In this document: positions 17,278 through 26,243 of the stretch, in pieces
Numbering within the stretch: the first letter of the stretch is position 1
How the letters are laid out: each line of letters opens with the position of its first letter
Source of the DNA: a virus
DNA: 38,717 bases
Direction: 5' to 3' (one strand)
Virus genome (UHGV): UHGV-0007863
The notes under the pieces: model-generated
What the model saw: the letters and a program-made list of their open reading frames with translations, nothing else
Told to the model about the DNA's origin: nothing
The model's database searches: none
Translations under genes and position numbers: made by a program

Positions 17278-18957
17278 ATGGCGGAAACAACTAAAGAGCG
17301 ATTGAACAAACAGTTCGCACAACTTGAAAGCGAGCGTCAGTCGTTCGAGCCGCACTGGCGCGAGTTGAGTGATTACATCAACCCGCGTGGTTCCCGCTTT
17401 CTGACTTCTGAGGTCAACCGTAACGATCGACGCAATACACGCATTATTGATTCGACCGGGACTATGGCGGCGCGCACTCTCGCCAGCGGCATGATGTCAG
17501 GCATCACAAGCCCCGCCCGTCCGTGGTTTCGCCTGGCTACGCCAGATCCTGAAATGATGGATTATGGCCCTGTTAAGTTGTGGCTTGAGGCGGTGCAGAA
17601 CCGCATGAACGATATGTTCAATAAGTCGAATCTCTACCAGTCTCTTCCGCAGTTATACGGAAGCCTCGGCACATACAGCACTGGTGCAATGGCGGTGCTG
17701 GAGGATGACGAGGACATCATTCGCACAATGCCATTCCCTATAGGCAGTTACTACCTGGCTAACTCACCTCGTGGCAGTGTGGACACCTGTTTCCGCAAGT
17801 TCTCTATGACTGTTCGTCAGCTTGTTCAGGAGTTCGGGCTAAATAACGTCAGCGAATCCGTAAAAAGCATGTGGGAAAGCGGCACCTACGAGAAGTGGAT
17901 TGAAGTGATGCATTCGGTTTACCCGAACATTGACCGCGATACATCGAAGCTGGATAGCAAGAACAAGCCATTCAAATCGGTTTATTACGAGGTTGGTGGC
18001 GATAACGACAAGTTGTTGCGTGAGTCCGGATTCGATGAGTTTCCAATTATGGCTCCGCGCTGGGAAGTTAACGGCGAAGATGTTTATGGATCATCATGCC
18101 CGGGTATGCTGGCGCTTGGACCTGTTAAGGCATTGCAGCTTCTCCAGAAGCGCAAGTCGCAGTTGATTGATAAAGCCACCAATCCGCCGATGGTTGCTCC
18201 GACTTCCCTCAAGAATCAGCGCGCCTCCCTTCTTCCTGGCGACATCACGTATATCGATCAGATTACTGGTCAGGATGGCTTCAGGCCTGCTTATCTGGTT
18301 AACCCCAGTACAGCAGATTTGGTGGCAGACATTCAGGACACCCGTCAAATCATTAACAGCGCCTACTTTGTCGATCTGTTCATGATGTTGCAGAACATCA
18401 ATACCCGCTCGATGCCTGTTGAAGCGGTAATCGAAATGAAAGAAGAAAAACTTCTGATGTTGGGGCCGGTTCTGGAGCGTCTGAACGACGAATGTCTTAA
18501 TCCTCTCATTGACCGCGCTTTCTCGATGATGGTGCGTAAAAACATGCTGCCGCCACCGCCTGACGCGATGGAAGGTATGCCCCTGAAGGTCGAATACATT
18601 TCCGTCATGGCTCAGGCGCAGAAGTCTATCGGCCTGTCCAGTCTGGCGTCTACGGTCAACTTCATTGGTCAACTTGCGCAAGCGAAACCAGAAGCTCTCG
18701 ACAAACTCAACGTTGATCAGGCGATCGATGCATTCGCTGATATGTCCGGAGTGTCTCCAACCGTCATTGTTCCGCAGGAACAGGTTGAGCAGGCTCGCCA
18801 GCAACGGGCACAGCAGCAACAGCAGCAACAAATGATGGCGATGGGGATGGCGGCGGCACAGGGTGCCAAGACGCTAAGCGAAGCTAAAACTTCGGATCCG
18901 AGTGTTTTGTCAGCTATGGCGAATGCAGTTAGTGGTCAGGGTGGGCAATCACAATGA
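17278..18957 (+). CDS. Portal (head-to-tail connector) protein, T7 gp8-like by size and position
   Basis: 559 aa; first large gene after terminase; Gln-rich C-terminus; followed by scaffold and capsid genes. Confidence 0.7.
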   Translation: MAETTKERLNKQFAQLESERQSFEPHWRELSDYINPRGSRFLTSEVNRNDRRNTRIIDSTGTMAARTLASGMMSGITSPARPWFRLATPDPEMMDYGPVKLWLEAVQNRMNDMFNKSNLYQSLPQLYGSLGTYSTGAMAVLEDDEDIIRTMPFPIGSYYLANSPRGSVDTCFRKFSMTVRQLVQEFGLNNVSESVKSMWESGTYEKWIEVMHSVYPNIDRDTSKLDSKNKPFKSVYYEVGGDNDKLLRESGFDEFPIMAPRWEVNGEDVYGSSCPGMLALGPVKALQLLQKRKSQLIDKATNPPMVAPTSLKNQRASLLPGDITYIDQITGQDGFRPAYLVNPSTADLVADIQDTRQIINSAYFVDLFMMLQNINTRSMPVEAVIEMKEEKLLMLGPVLERLNDECLNPLIDRAFSMMVRKNMLPPPPDAMEGMPLKVEYISVMAQAQKSIGLSSLASTVNFIGQLAQAKPEALDKLNVDQAIDAFADMSGVSPTVIVPQEQVEQARQQRAQQQQQQQMMAMGMAAAQGAKTLSEAKTSDPSVLSAMANAVSGQGGQSQ

Positions 18958-19250
18958 CAGATTACGAAGACGATCAACTGAAAGAAGAAAACGCCCGTAA
19001 GCAACGTGACATGGCGCAGCGTGAAATTGATGACATTCGCTTTGTCATGAGCAGTGAACAGGGGCGTCGCGTTGTCTGGTCGGTGCTGGAGAAAGGCCGT
19101 GTGTTTTCCGCTATCTCACCGATGGACGCTATGGCAATGGCATTTAATGAGGGGCAACGCAATCTGGCGCTGGAACTGTTTCAACGCGTTATGGCGCATT
19201 GCCCTGAACAGTATTTGAAGATGGCCAAAGAGGCCAGTGAACAGGAGTGA
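18954..19250 (+). CDS. Hypothetical head-morphogenesis protein
   Basis: 98 aa, acidic; overlapping stop/start with portal. Confidence 0.45.
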   Translation: MTDYEDDQLKEENARKQRDMAQREIDDIRFVMSSEQGRRVVWSVLEKGRVFSAISPMDAMAMAFNEGQRNLALELFQRVMAHCPEQYLKMAKEASEQE

Positions 19251-19252
19251 TC

Positions 19253-19948
19253 ATGAATTTATTTGAGCGTTTGCTGTATCGCCGTCTTTGCAATGAGCAA
19301 CCAGTCGATGGTGGAGCAGCTCCGGCTGCGTCAGAACCGTCAGCGCCTGCAGGTGATAACCCTGCTCCAGTTGGTGATCCATCACAACAGGAAGGTGATA
19401 AGCCACAACCTGTTGCTGATGGCGATAAACCTGCTGATGACAAAAAGCCTGAAAACGATAAGCAGGATGAAAAAAAGGACGGCGATAAACCAGAGGGTGC
19501 GCCTGAGAAGTACGAGTTTCAGGCTGCCGAAGGCGTAGAGCTGGATACAGAAGCGTTGAAGGAATTCGAGCCGGTGGCGCGAGAACTTAACCTGACCAAC
19601 GAGCAAGCGCAAAAGCTGGTTGATGCTTATCCGAAGATTCTGGCAGGTGTTCAGCAGCGCCAGGCAGAAGCCTGGCAGAAAACAACCGAGCAGTGGGCTG
19701 CGGATGTAAAAGCTGACAAAGAAATCGGTGGCGACAAGTTGATTTCTAACCTTAGCGTCGCACAGCGTGCGCTTGACCAGTTCGGGACACCTGAACTCAA
19801 AGAATATCTGAACACCACCGGGCTGGGTAATCACCCTGATCTGGTCAAAACGTTCGTGAAAATCGGAAAGGCGATGTCTGAAGATGGCATGGTCACCGGT
19901 GGTAATGAAGGCCAGCGTAGTGCGGCCGAAGTGCTCTATGGCAAATAA
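19253..19948 (+). CDS. Scaffolding protein
   Basis: Highly charged Asp/Lys/Glu/Pro-rich N-terminal half with a helical C-terminal half; lies between portal and capsid; ATG 19253 with GGAG 5 nt upstream. Confidence 0.55.
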   Translation: MNLFERLLYRRLCNEQPVDGGAAPAASEPSAPAGDNPAPVGDPSQQEGDKPQPVADGDKPADDKKPENDKQDEKKDGDKPEGAPEKYEFQAAEGVELDTEALKEFEPVARELNLTNEQAQKLVDAYPKILAGVQQRQAEAWQKTTEQWAADVKADKEIGGDKLISNLSVAQRALDQFGTPELKEYLNTTGLGNHPDLVKTFVKIGKAMSEDGMVTGGNEGQRSAAEVLYGK

Positions 19949-19962
19949 GAGAGGAAATGACA

Positions 19963-20949
19963 ATGGCTGTTAAAGGCTTAACTGCGCTAACGCTGGCTGA
20001 CTGGGGTAAGCGCGTCGATCCAAACGGGAAAGTCGATAAGATTATCGAGCTTCTCGGTCAAACTAACCCGATCCTTCAGGATATGCCTTTTGTCGAAGGG
20101 AACCTTCCTACCGGACACCGAACCACCATTCGTTCTGGTTTACCTTCAGCTACCTGGCGTTTGCTGAACTATGGCGTACAGCCAAGCAAATCAACCACAG
20201 TGCAGGTAACCGATTCCGTTGGCATGCTGGAAACCTATGCTGAAGTCGATAAGTCACTGGCTGATCTGAACGGCAATACCGCTGAATTCCGCCTGTCTGA
20301 AGACCGCGCATTTATTGAAGCGATGAATCAGCAGATGGCGCAGACGCTGTTTTATGGTGATTCCAGCGTTAACCCTCAGCAGTTTATGGGACTGTCCTCC
20401 CGCTATTCCAGCCTGTCTGCGGGTAATGCTCAGAACATCATTGATGCTGGTGGCACGGGTACAGATAACACCTCAATCTGGTTAGTGGTGTGGGGCGAAA
20501 ACACCGTGCATGGCATCTTCCCGAAAGGGCAGAAGGCTGGCATCCAGATGGAAGATAAAGGCCAGGTGACACTGGAAGATGCGAATGGCGGCAAGTACGA
20601 AGGCTACCGTACCCATTACAAATGGGACAACGGACTTGCTCTGCGTGACTGGCGTTATGTTGTTCGCATTGCAAACATCGATGTCAGCAATCTTTCAGAA
20701 CCTTCTTCTGCCGCAAATATTGCGAAGTTGATGGTTAAAGCACTGCATCGCATTCCAAACCGTGGCATGGGGCGCCCAGTGTTCTACATGAACCGCACTG
20801 TAGGCCAGGCTCTTGATCTGCAATCTCTGGAGAAAACATCTCTGGCGATCAGCGTAAAAGAGACAGAAGGCGAGTGGTGGACTTCATTCCGTGGTGTACC
20901 AATCCGTGAAACTGATGCGCTTCTGGAAACAGAAGCCCGCGTGGTGTAA
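19963..20949 (+). CDS. Major capsid protein
   Basis: ~329 aa following scaffold; ATG 19963 preferred (GAGG 8 nt upstream) over 19957; followed by a terminator at 21802-21822. Confidence 0.6.
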   Translation: MAVKGLTALTLADWGKRVDPNGKVDKIIELLGQTNPILQDMPFVEGNLPTGHRTTIRSGLPSATWRLLNYGVQPSKSTTVQVTDSVGMLETYAEVDKSLADLNGNTAEFRLSEDRAFIEAMNQQMAQTLFYGDSSVNPQQFMGLSSRYSSLSAGNAQNIIDAGGTGTDNTSIWLVVWGENTVHGIFPKGQKAGIQMEDKGQVTLEDANGGKYEGYRTHYKWDNGLALRDWRYVVRIANIDVSNLSEPSSAANIAKLMVKALHRIPNRGMGRPVFYMNRTVGQALDLQSLEKTSLAISVKETEGEWWTSFRGVPIRETDALLETEARVV

Positions 20950-21000
20950 CGCCTGTTATTAACCTGTGGGTCGTAACAGACCCACTAATGGAGAAAGAAG

Positions 21001-21438
21001 ATGATCACCGACAAACTGTTGATGTTCTCCGAAGCTCAGGCGGTTACGAATACCGCGGCTTCTACTGACGTAATCGATCTCGGTCCAATTGACGGAAAAC
21101 GTCGTGATATCGGCGTGGGTTACCCGCTTGAGTTTTGGGCGCTGGTTAACACAGCCGCCGCGGCAAGCGGTGATGCAACTGTAAACATCCAGTTGCAGAC
21201 GAGTGAGAATAACAGCTCATGGACCACTATTTATGATAGTGGCGCACTGGCAAAGACCGCCCTGACAGCAGGTAAACGAGTTGTTTCTGCAAAGGTGCCT
21301 GCCGGTGTTCAGCGATATCTGCGTGTTAACTACTCCGTCGCAACTGGCCCACTAACGGCTGGCGAATTCACTGCTGGTATCAGTCTTGATGTTGATGCCA
21401 ATACGCCGTATCCGATCCGCTCAAAAGTAACTGGTTAA
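21001..21438 (+). CDS. Hypothetical virion protein (possible capsid decoration protein)
   Basis: 145 aa immediately after the capsid gene; beta-rich composition. Confidence 0.4.
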   Translation: MITDKLLMFSEAQAVTNTAASTDVIDLGPIDGKRRDIGVGYPLEFWALVNTAAAASGDATVNIQLQTSENNSSWTTIYDSGALAKTALTAGKRVVSAKVPAGVQRYLRVNYSVATGPLTAGEFTAGISLDVDANTPYPIRSKVTG

Positions 21439-21448
21439 GGTGATATCG

Positions 21449-21784
21449 ATGTCAGGTGAGAAACCAAGATACCGCGTTCTGCGCCTCTCTCATATCCATA
21501 ACACTCTGTGGCCGGAGGGGGCAGAAATCGAATACGAAGGTGAGCCTGGTAGCGCACTGGAACCTGTTAACGATGCAGCCAGACAGGCAAAAGCAAAAGT
21601 TGCAGGAAAGGTGTCAATGGCAGCAACCAGCACCAAAATCATCAACGATGTGTCAGATGATGGTGAACTGGATAAGCTCCGTGAAGAGTACGAATTGCTC
21701 TTTAACGAGAAGCCACACCATAACGCCAAAGCCGAAACGCTCCGCGAGAAGATCGCAGATAAGCGTAAAGAACTGGGCGTGTAA
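21449..21784 (+). CDS. Hypothetical protein
   Basis: ATG 21449 with AAGGTG upstream; charged C-terminus. Confidence 0.45.
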   Translation: MSGEKPRYRVLRLSHIHNTLWPEGAEIEYEGEPGSALEPVNDAARQAKAKVAGKVSMAATSTKIINDVSDDGELDKLREEYELLFNEKPHHNAKAETLREKIADKRKELGV

Positions 21785-21801
21785 GCCTCGCGGATCAGAC
21801 A

Positions 21802-21822
21802 AGGGGCTTCGGCCCCTTTATT
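21802..21822 (+). terminator. Rho-independent terminator within the late operon
   Basis: AGGGGC-TTCG-GCCCCT followed by TTTATT. Confidence 0.6.
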
Positions 21823-21834
21823 GCAGGAGTGTAT

Positions 21835-22158
21835 ATGGAACTCGTAAACCTCAAAACCGGCACTGACAGCTACCAGGATGAGAGCGGAGAAACCAGAACT
21901 CGCGATGAATACCCGTGGGGGCTGTGCATCACTCTTAATAACGACACATTGAATAAGCTGAAGGCGCAACCTCAGGGCGTCGGAACAGAAGTGATGATAA
22001 CTGCAAAGGCTGTTATTCGAGGCCTGTCTGCCAGAGAAACTGACGATGGCGTTAATCGCAGCGCCGATCTGCAGATCACTGATATGGCGATCGCTCCTGT
22101 TTCCGGGGATGTAGAAAAATCAGCGGCTGAAACTCTGTACGGTAACGGAGGTGAGTGA
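21835..22158 (+). CDS. Hypothetical virion-associated protein
   Basis: ATG 21835 with CAGGAG 5 nt upstream. Confidence 0.45.
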   Translation: MELVNLKTGTDSYQDESGETRTRDEYPWGLCITLNNDTLNKLKAQPQGVGTEVMITAKAVIRGLSARETDDGVNRSADLQITDMAIAPVSGDVEKSAAETLYGNGGE

Positions 22159-22763
22159 TGGCCTCTGTAGTAGAGATCTGTAATCGTGCGCTGTCCAATA
22201 TTGGCAACAGCCGCAGCATTAACAGCCTGACGGAAGCCAGCAAGGAAGCGGGGGAATGTTCGCTGCACTTTGAGGCCTGCCGTGATGCTGTGCTTTCTGA
22301 TTTTGACTGGAACTTTGCTACCAAACGCGTGGCGCTTGCAGATACGAACAATCCACCGCCTGACTGGGAATATGCGTACCAGTACCCGTCCGATTGTCTG
22401 CGCATTACTGAAATTATGCTTCCTGGTGTACGCAATCCAACAGCAGCAATGCGCGTTCAGTACGAAGTTGGTGCAGACACCAACGGAACAGGAAAGTTGA
22501 TCTACACAGACCAGCCGCAGGCATGGCTCAAGTATGTATCTCGCGTTTCAGATGTGAACATGTTTGATGCCATTTTTATGGAGGCGTTGGCCTGGCGTCT
22601 TGCGGCAGCTATTAACATGGCGCTGACTGGGAATGCAGACCTCGGTACGTTTGCCCTCAATATGTACAATCGCGTGATTCTTAGTGCTGGATCGCATAGC
22701 CAGAATGAATCACAGGAACCACAGCCACCGGTTGACGAGTTTACCATTGCGAGGTTGTCCTGA
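22155..22763 (+). CDS. Putative tail tubular protein A (T7 gp11 position and size)
   Basis: 202 aa; assigned by synteny with the T7-like module only. Confidence 0.35.
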   Translation: MMASVVEICNRALSNIGNSRSINSLTEASKEAGECSLHFEACRDAVLSDFDWNFATKRVALADTNNPPPDWEYAYQYPSDCLRITEIMLPGVRNPTAAMRVQYEVGADTNGTGKLIYTDQPQAWLKYVSRVSDVNMFDAIFMEALAWRLAAAINMALTGNADLGTFALNMYNRVILSAGSHSQNESQEPQPPVDEFTIARLS

Positions 22764-25234
22764 TGGCTATCAGTTGGATCCAGCCCAGTTTTGCCGGTGG
22801 TGAGATTGGACCGTCGTTGTACGGGCGTATTGACATGGCGAAGTACCAGGTAGCATTGCGCAAGTGCGATAACTTTATCGTGCGGCAGTATGGCGGCGTT
22901 GAGAATCGACCTGGTACGCGTTTTGTCGGTGCCGCCAAATACCCAAATCGGAAATGCCGCCTGATCCCGTTCCAGTTCTCGACGGTTCAGACCTATGCTC
23001 TGGAGTTCGGACACCAGTACATGCGCGTTATCAAAGATGGTGCGTTGGTGCTGAACAGCAGCAATGTTATTTATGAAATTGCCACGCCATATACTGAAGC
23101 CGATCTGTTCCGAATTAAATTCACGCAAAGCGCCGACGTGCTTACGCTGGTTCACCCGGCATACCCGCCGAAAGAGTTGCGCCGATATGCTCATGACAAC
23201 TGGCAACTGGTTGATGTGGTAACGAAGAACGGGCCATTTGAAGATATCAATATTGACGAGTCAGTGACGGTTTATGCCAGCGCCAGCACCGGGACAATTA
23301 CGTTAACGGCAAGCGCCTCTATTTTTGGCGCGGAGCAGGTAGGCAAATTGTTCTATCTGGAACAGCCTGCAGTGGATTCAGTGCCGGTATGGGAAACCAG
23401 TAAGAGTACGTCGATTGGCGATATTCGCCGTGCAGACAGTAACTACTATCGCGCCGTTACAGCAGGCAAAACAGGTACTTTGCGCCCTTCGCATACAGAA
23501 GGCACATCATGGGATGGCTGGGGCGGATCCGGTGATGATGATACTGGCATTGAGTGGGAATATCTGCACAGTGGTTTTGGCATTGCCCGTATCACTGCTG
23601 CAAATGGAACTACTGCAACTGCCGAGGTGATTTCCTATATCCCTTCGCAGGTAGTTGGCGAGGATAATGCCAGCTATAAATGGGCTAAATATGCCTGGAA
23701 CAGTGTTAATGGTTATCCTGGCACTGTTGTTTATTATCAACAACGTCTTTACTTCGCCGCATCGACTGCGTTCCCTCAGACTATCTGGGCCAGCCGTACC
23801 GTGGATTATAAGGATTTTGGCAAAAGCAATCCTACGCAGGATGACGACAGAATTATCTACACCTATGCCGGGCGTCAGGTTAATGAGATCCGCCACCTGA
23901 TTGATGTCGGTTCGCTGGTGGCACTGACTTCCGGAGGTGAGTACGTCATCACCGGCGACCAGAACAAAGTGTTAACCCCATCATCATTTGCATTCAGCTC
24001 TCAGGGATCAAATGGCTCGAGCAATGTCCCACCAATTGCCGTGGCGAATATTGCTCTGTTCGTCCAGGAGAAAGGCAGTGTTGTCCGTGATCTGGCCTAC
24101 TCATTCGATGTTGACGGCTATCAGGGGAACGACCTGACCATCCTTGCCAATCATCTTTTTCAGAAGCACAGCATTGTTGACTGGTGCTTCTCTATTGTCC
24201 CTTACTCCAGCGCCTTCTGCATTCGTGATGACGGTAAATTACTGGTGATGACCTATTTGCGTGATCAGCAGGTTTTTGCATGGGCACCACAATCCAGTAC
24301 CGGAAAATATGAAAGCACATGCAGTATCAGCGAAGGAAATGAAGATGCGGTGTATTTCGTCGTTAACCGAACCGTTAACGGGCAAACAGTGAGATACATC
24401 GAGCGACTGTCCAGCCGTTTATTTACCAGCGATGAAGATGCTTTCTTTGTTGATTCTGGCCTTAGCTATGATGGAAGAAATACGTCTGACAGAACGATGA
24501 CCATCACTGGTGGTTCTGGCGAATGGGATTACCGCGCGGAATATACAATCAGTATTTCTGGCGGTGCGTACTTCACCAGTAGTGATGTCGGTGCGCAACT
24601 ACAGTTCCCTTATACCGGAACTGATCCTGATACTGGCGATGAAGTGTCAAAAGAATTACGTTGCGACATTATTTCTGTAACCAGCAATACCGCTGTAGTG
24701 GTTCGTGCTAACAGGAACGTCCCGCCATCCCTCAGGAATGTGGCCACCACGAACTGGCAGATGGCACGCCGGACATTTGGAGGCCTGTCTCATCTTGAAG
24801 GCCAGACCGTAAACATTCTCTCTGATGCGAACGTGGAACCACAGAAAGTGGTTTCCGGAGGTGCCGTCACGCTGGAATCTCCGGGGGCTGTAGTGCACAT
24901 CGGCCTGCCAATAACTGCTGAATTCGAAACACTGGATATCAACATTAACGGACAGGAAACGCTGCTGGACAAAAAACAGGTGATCCCCTCCGTTACTCTG
25001 GTTGTGAATGCCAGTCGCGGCATCTGGGCGACTACGCCCGGCGGTAAATGGTACGAATATCCACAGCGTGAATTCGAGTTCTACGATGATCCTGTTGATG
25101 ATGCTACCGGAAAAGTAGAAGTGAAACTGGACAGTAACTGGGGCAAAAACGGACGTGTAAAAATCCGTCAGCTTGATCCGTTGCCGCTGTCTGTTCTTGC
25201 CGTTATTCCTCGCCTTACTGTTGGGGGATTCTGA
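22763..25234 (+). CDS. Putative tail tubular protein B (T7 gp12 position and size)
   Basis: 823 aa; synteny only. Confidence 0.4.
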   Translation: MAISWIQPSFAGGEIGPSLYGRIDMAKYQVALRKCDNFIVRQYGGVENRPGTRFVGAAKYPNRKCRLIPFQFSTVQTYALEFGHQYMRVIKDGALVLNSSNVIYEIATPYTEADLFRIKFTQSADVLTLVHPAYPPKELRRYAHDNWQLVDVVTKNGPFEDINIDESVTVYASASTGTITLTASASIFGAEQVGKLFYLEQPAVDSVPVWETSKSTSIGDIRRADSNYYRAVTAGKTGTLRPSHTEGTSWDGWGGSGDDDTGIEWEYLHSGFGIARITAANGTTATAEVISYIPSQVVGEDNASYKWAKYAWNSVNGYPGTVVYYQQRLYFAASTAFPQTIWASRTVDYKDFGKSNPTQDDDRIIYTYAGRQVNEIRHLIDVGSLVALTSGGEYVITGDQNKVLTPSSFAFSSQGSNGSSNVPPIAVANIALFVQEKGSVVRDLAYSFDVDGYQGNDLTILANHLFQKHSIVDWCFSIVPYSSAFCIRDDGKLLVMTYLRDQQVFAWAPQSSTGKYESTCSISEGNEDAVYFVVNRTVNGQTVRYIERLSSRLFTSDEDAFFVDSGLSYDGRNTSDRTMTITGGSGEWDYRAEYTISISGGAYFTSSDVGAQLQFPYTGTDPDTGDEVSKELRCDIISVTSNTAVVVRANRNVPPSLRNVATTNWQMARRTFGGLSHLEGQTVNILSDANVEPQKVVSGGAVTLESPGAVVHIGLPITAEFETLDININGQETLLDKKQVIPSVTLVVNASRGIWATTPGGKWYEYPQREFEFYDDPVDDATGKVEVKLDSNWGKNGRVKIRQLDPLPLSVLAVIPRLTVGGF

Positions 25235-25698
25235 TGATCGATGTTCGAATTGTTCCCGCTACCGAAGAGCATCTTCAGATGATTTTGCCGGATGTTCGTC
25301 AGGCTGATATTGACGAACTGTATGCGGTATCGCTGATGACTACCGAAGATGCGCTGCGTGTTGGTCTTCGCACTGCGACTATGGCCTGGTCAGGATTTGC
25401 GAACGGAGAACTGGTAACCATGTTTGGCGTATCTCCGGCGTCAATGATCGGTGGCAATGGTACGCCCTGGCTGGTAGGAACCAGCCGTATTGAAAAATAT
25501 CAGAAGACATTTCTTCGCCACTGCCGCCCTGTATTGCAGCAGATGCTGGCAGTTTATCCGCGCCTGGAAAACTACGTCGACGAGCGAAACCATGTTGCCA
25601 AAGCATGGCTGCACTGGCTTGGATTCAGGCTTGAAGAAGCCGCGCCTTATGGTGCTCTTGGTCTTAATTTCCACAGATTTCACATGGAGAGAAAATAA
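25234..25698 (+). CDS. Putative internal virion protein (T7 gp13 position)
   Basis: 154 aa; synteny only. Confidence 0.35.
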   Translation: MIDVRIVPATEEHLQMILPDVRQADIDELYAVSLMTTEDALRVGLRTATMAWSGFANGELVTMFGVSPASMIGGNGTPWLVGTSRIEKYQKTFLRHCRPVLQQMLAVYPRLENYVDERNHVAKAWLHWLGFRLEEAAPYGALGLNFHRFHMERK

Positions 25699-26243
25699 TG
25701 TGCGATCCGGTTATTGCTGGTGGCGCAATGCTCGCCATGAGTGGCATTCAGGCATACACCCAGTACCAACAGGGAAAGTATGCCTCGAAGGTTGCAGAAG
25801 CGAACGCAGATATAGCCACTGCTCAGGCAAATGATGCAATAAACAGAGGTAACGCTGAAGCTGAGCAACGGCGCAGAGAGACCCGACAGCGGCTTGGTAC
25901 ACAGGCGGCGACAATGGGGGCTACCGGCGCTGATTTATCTACAGGTAACGCGCTGGATATATTTGGCGACACTGCCCAGTTTGGCTCTCTTGATTCGCTG
26001 ACGACGGTGAATAACGCGCAACGCGAGGCTTACGGTTATCAGGTTCAGGCTGCCAACTATAAAGCAGAAGCCAGTTCAGCCCGTAAACAGGGGAATGTGG
26101 GAGCAGCAACAACATTGCTCACTGCGCCTCTGAAGGCATACGGTGCGTACCAGATGTTTGGTGGGACGTGGAGTCCGTTTACTCAAAGCACTCCTGCGCC
26201 AATCGGGGCAGCAGCAGGAACCAGATTACCCGGAGGATTATAA
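25698..26243 (+). CDS. Putative internal virion protein (T7 gp14 position)
   Basis: 181 aa; hydrophobic N-terminus; Gln/Ala-rich. Confidence 0.4.
   Translation: MCDPVIAGGAMLAMSGIQAYTQYQQGKYASKVAEANADIATAQANDAINRGNAEAEQRRRETRQRLGTQAATMGATGADLSTGNALDIFGDTAQFGSLDSLTTVNNAQREAYGYQVQAANYKAEASSARKQGNVGAATTLLTAPLKAYGAYQMFGGTWSPFTQSTPAPIGAAAGTRLPGGL

Noticed and set aside
18094-19963. Long minus-strand ORFs antisense to the portal (18094-18831) and scaffold (19382-19963) genes
   Set aside because: Their translations are repetitive and low-complexity (L/R/F-rich), mirroring the codon bias of the sense genes; typical shadow ORFs.
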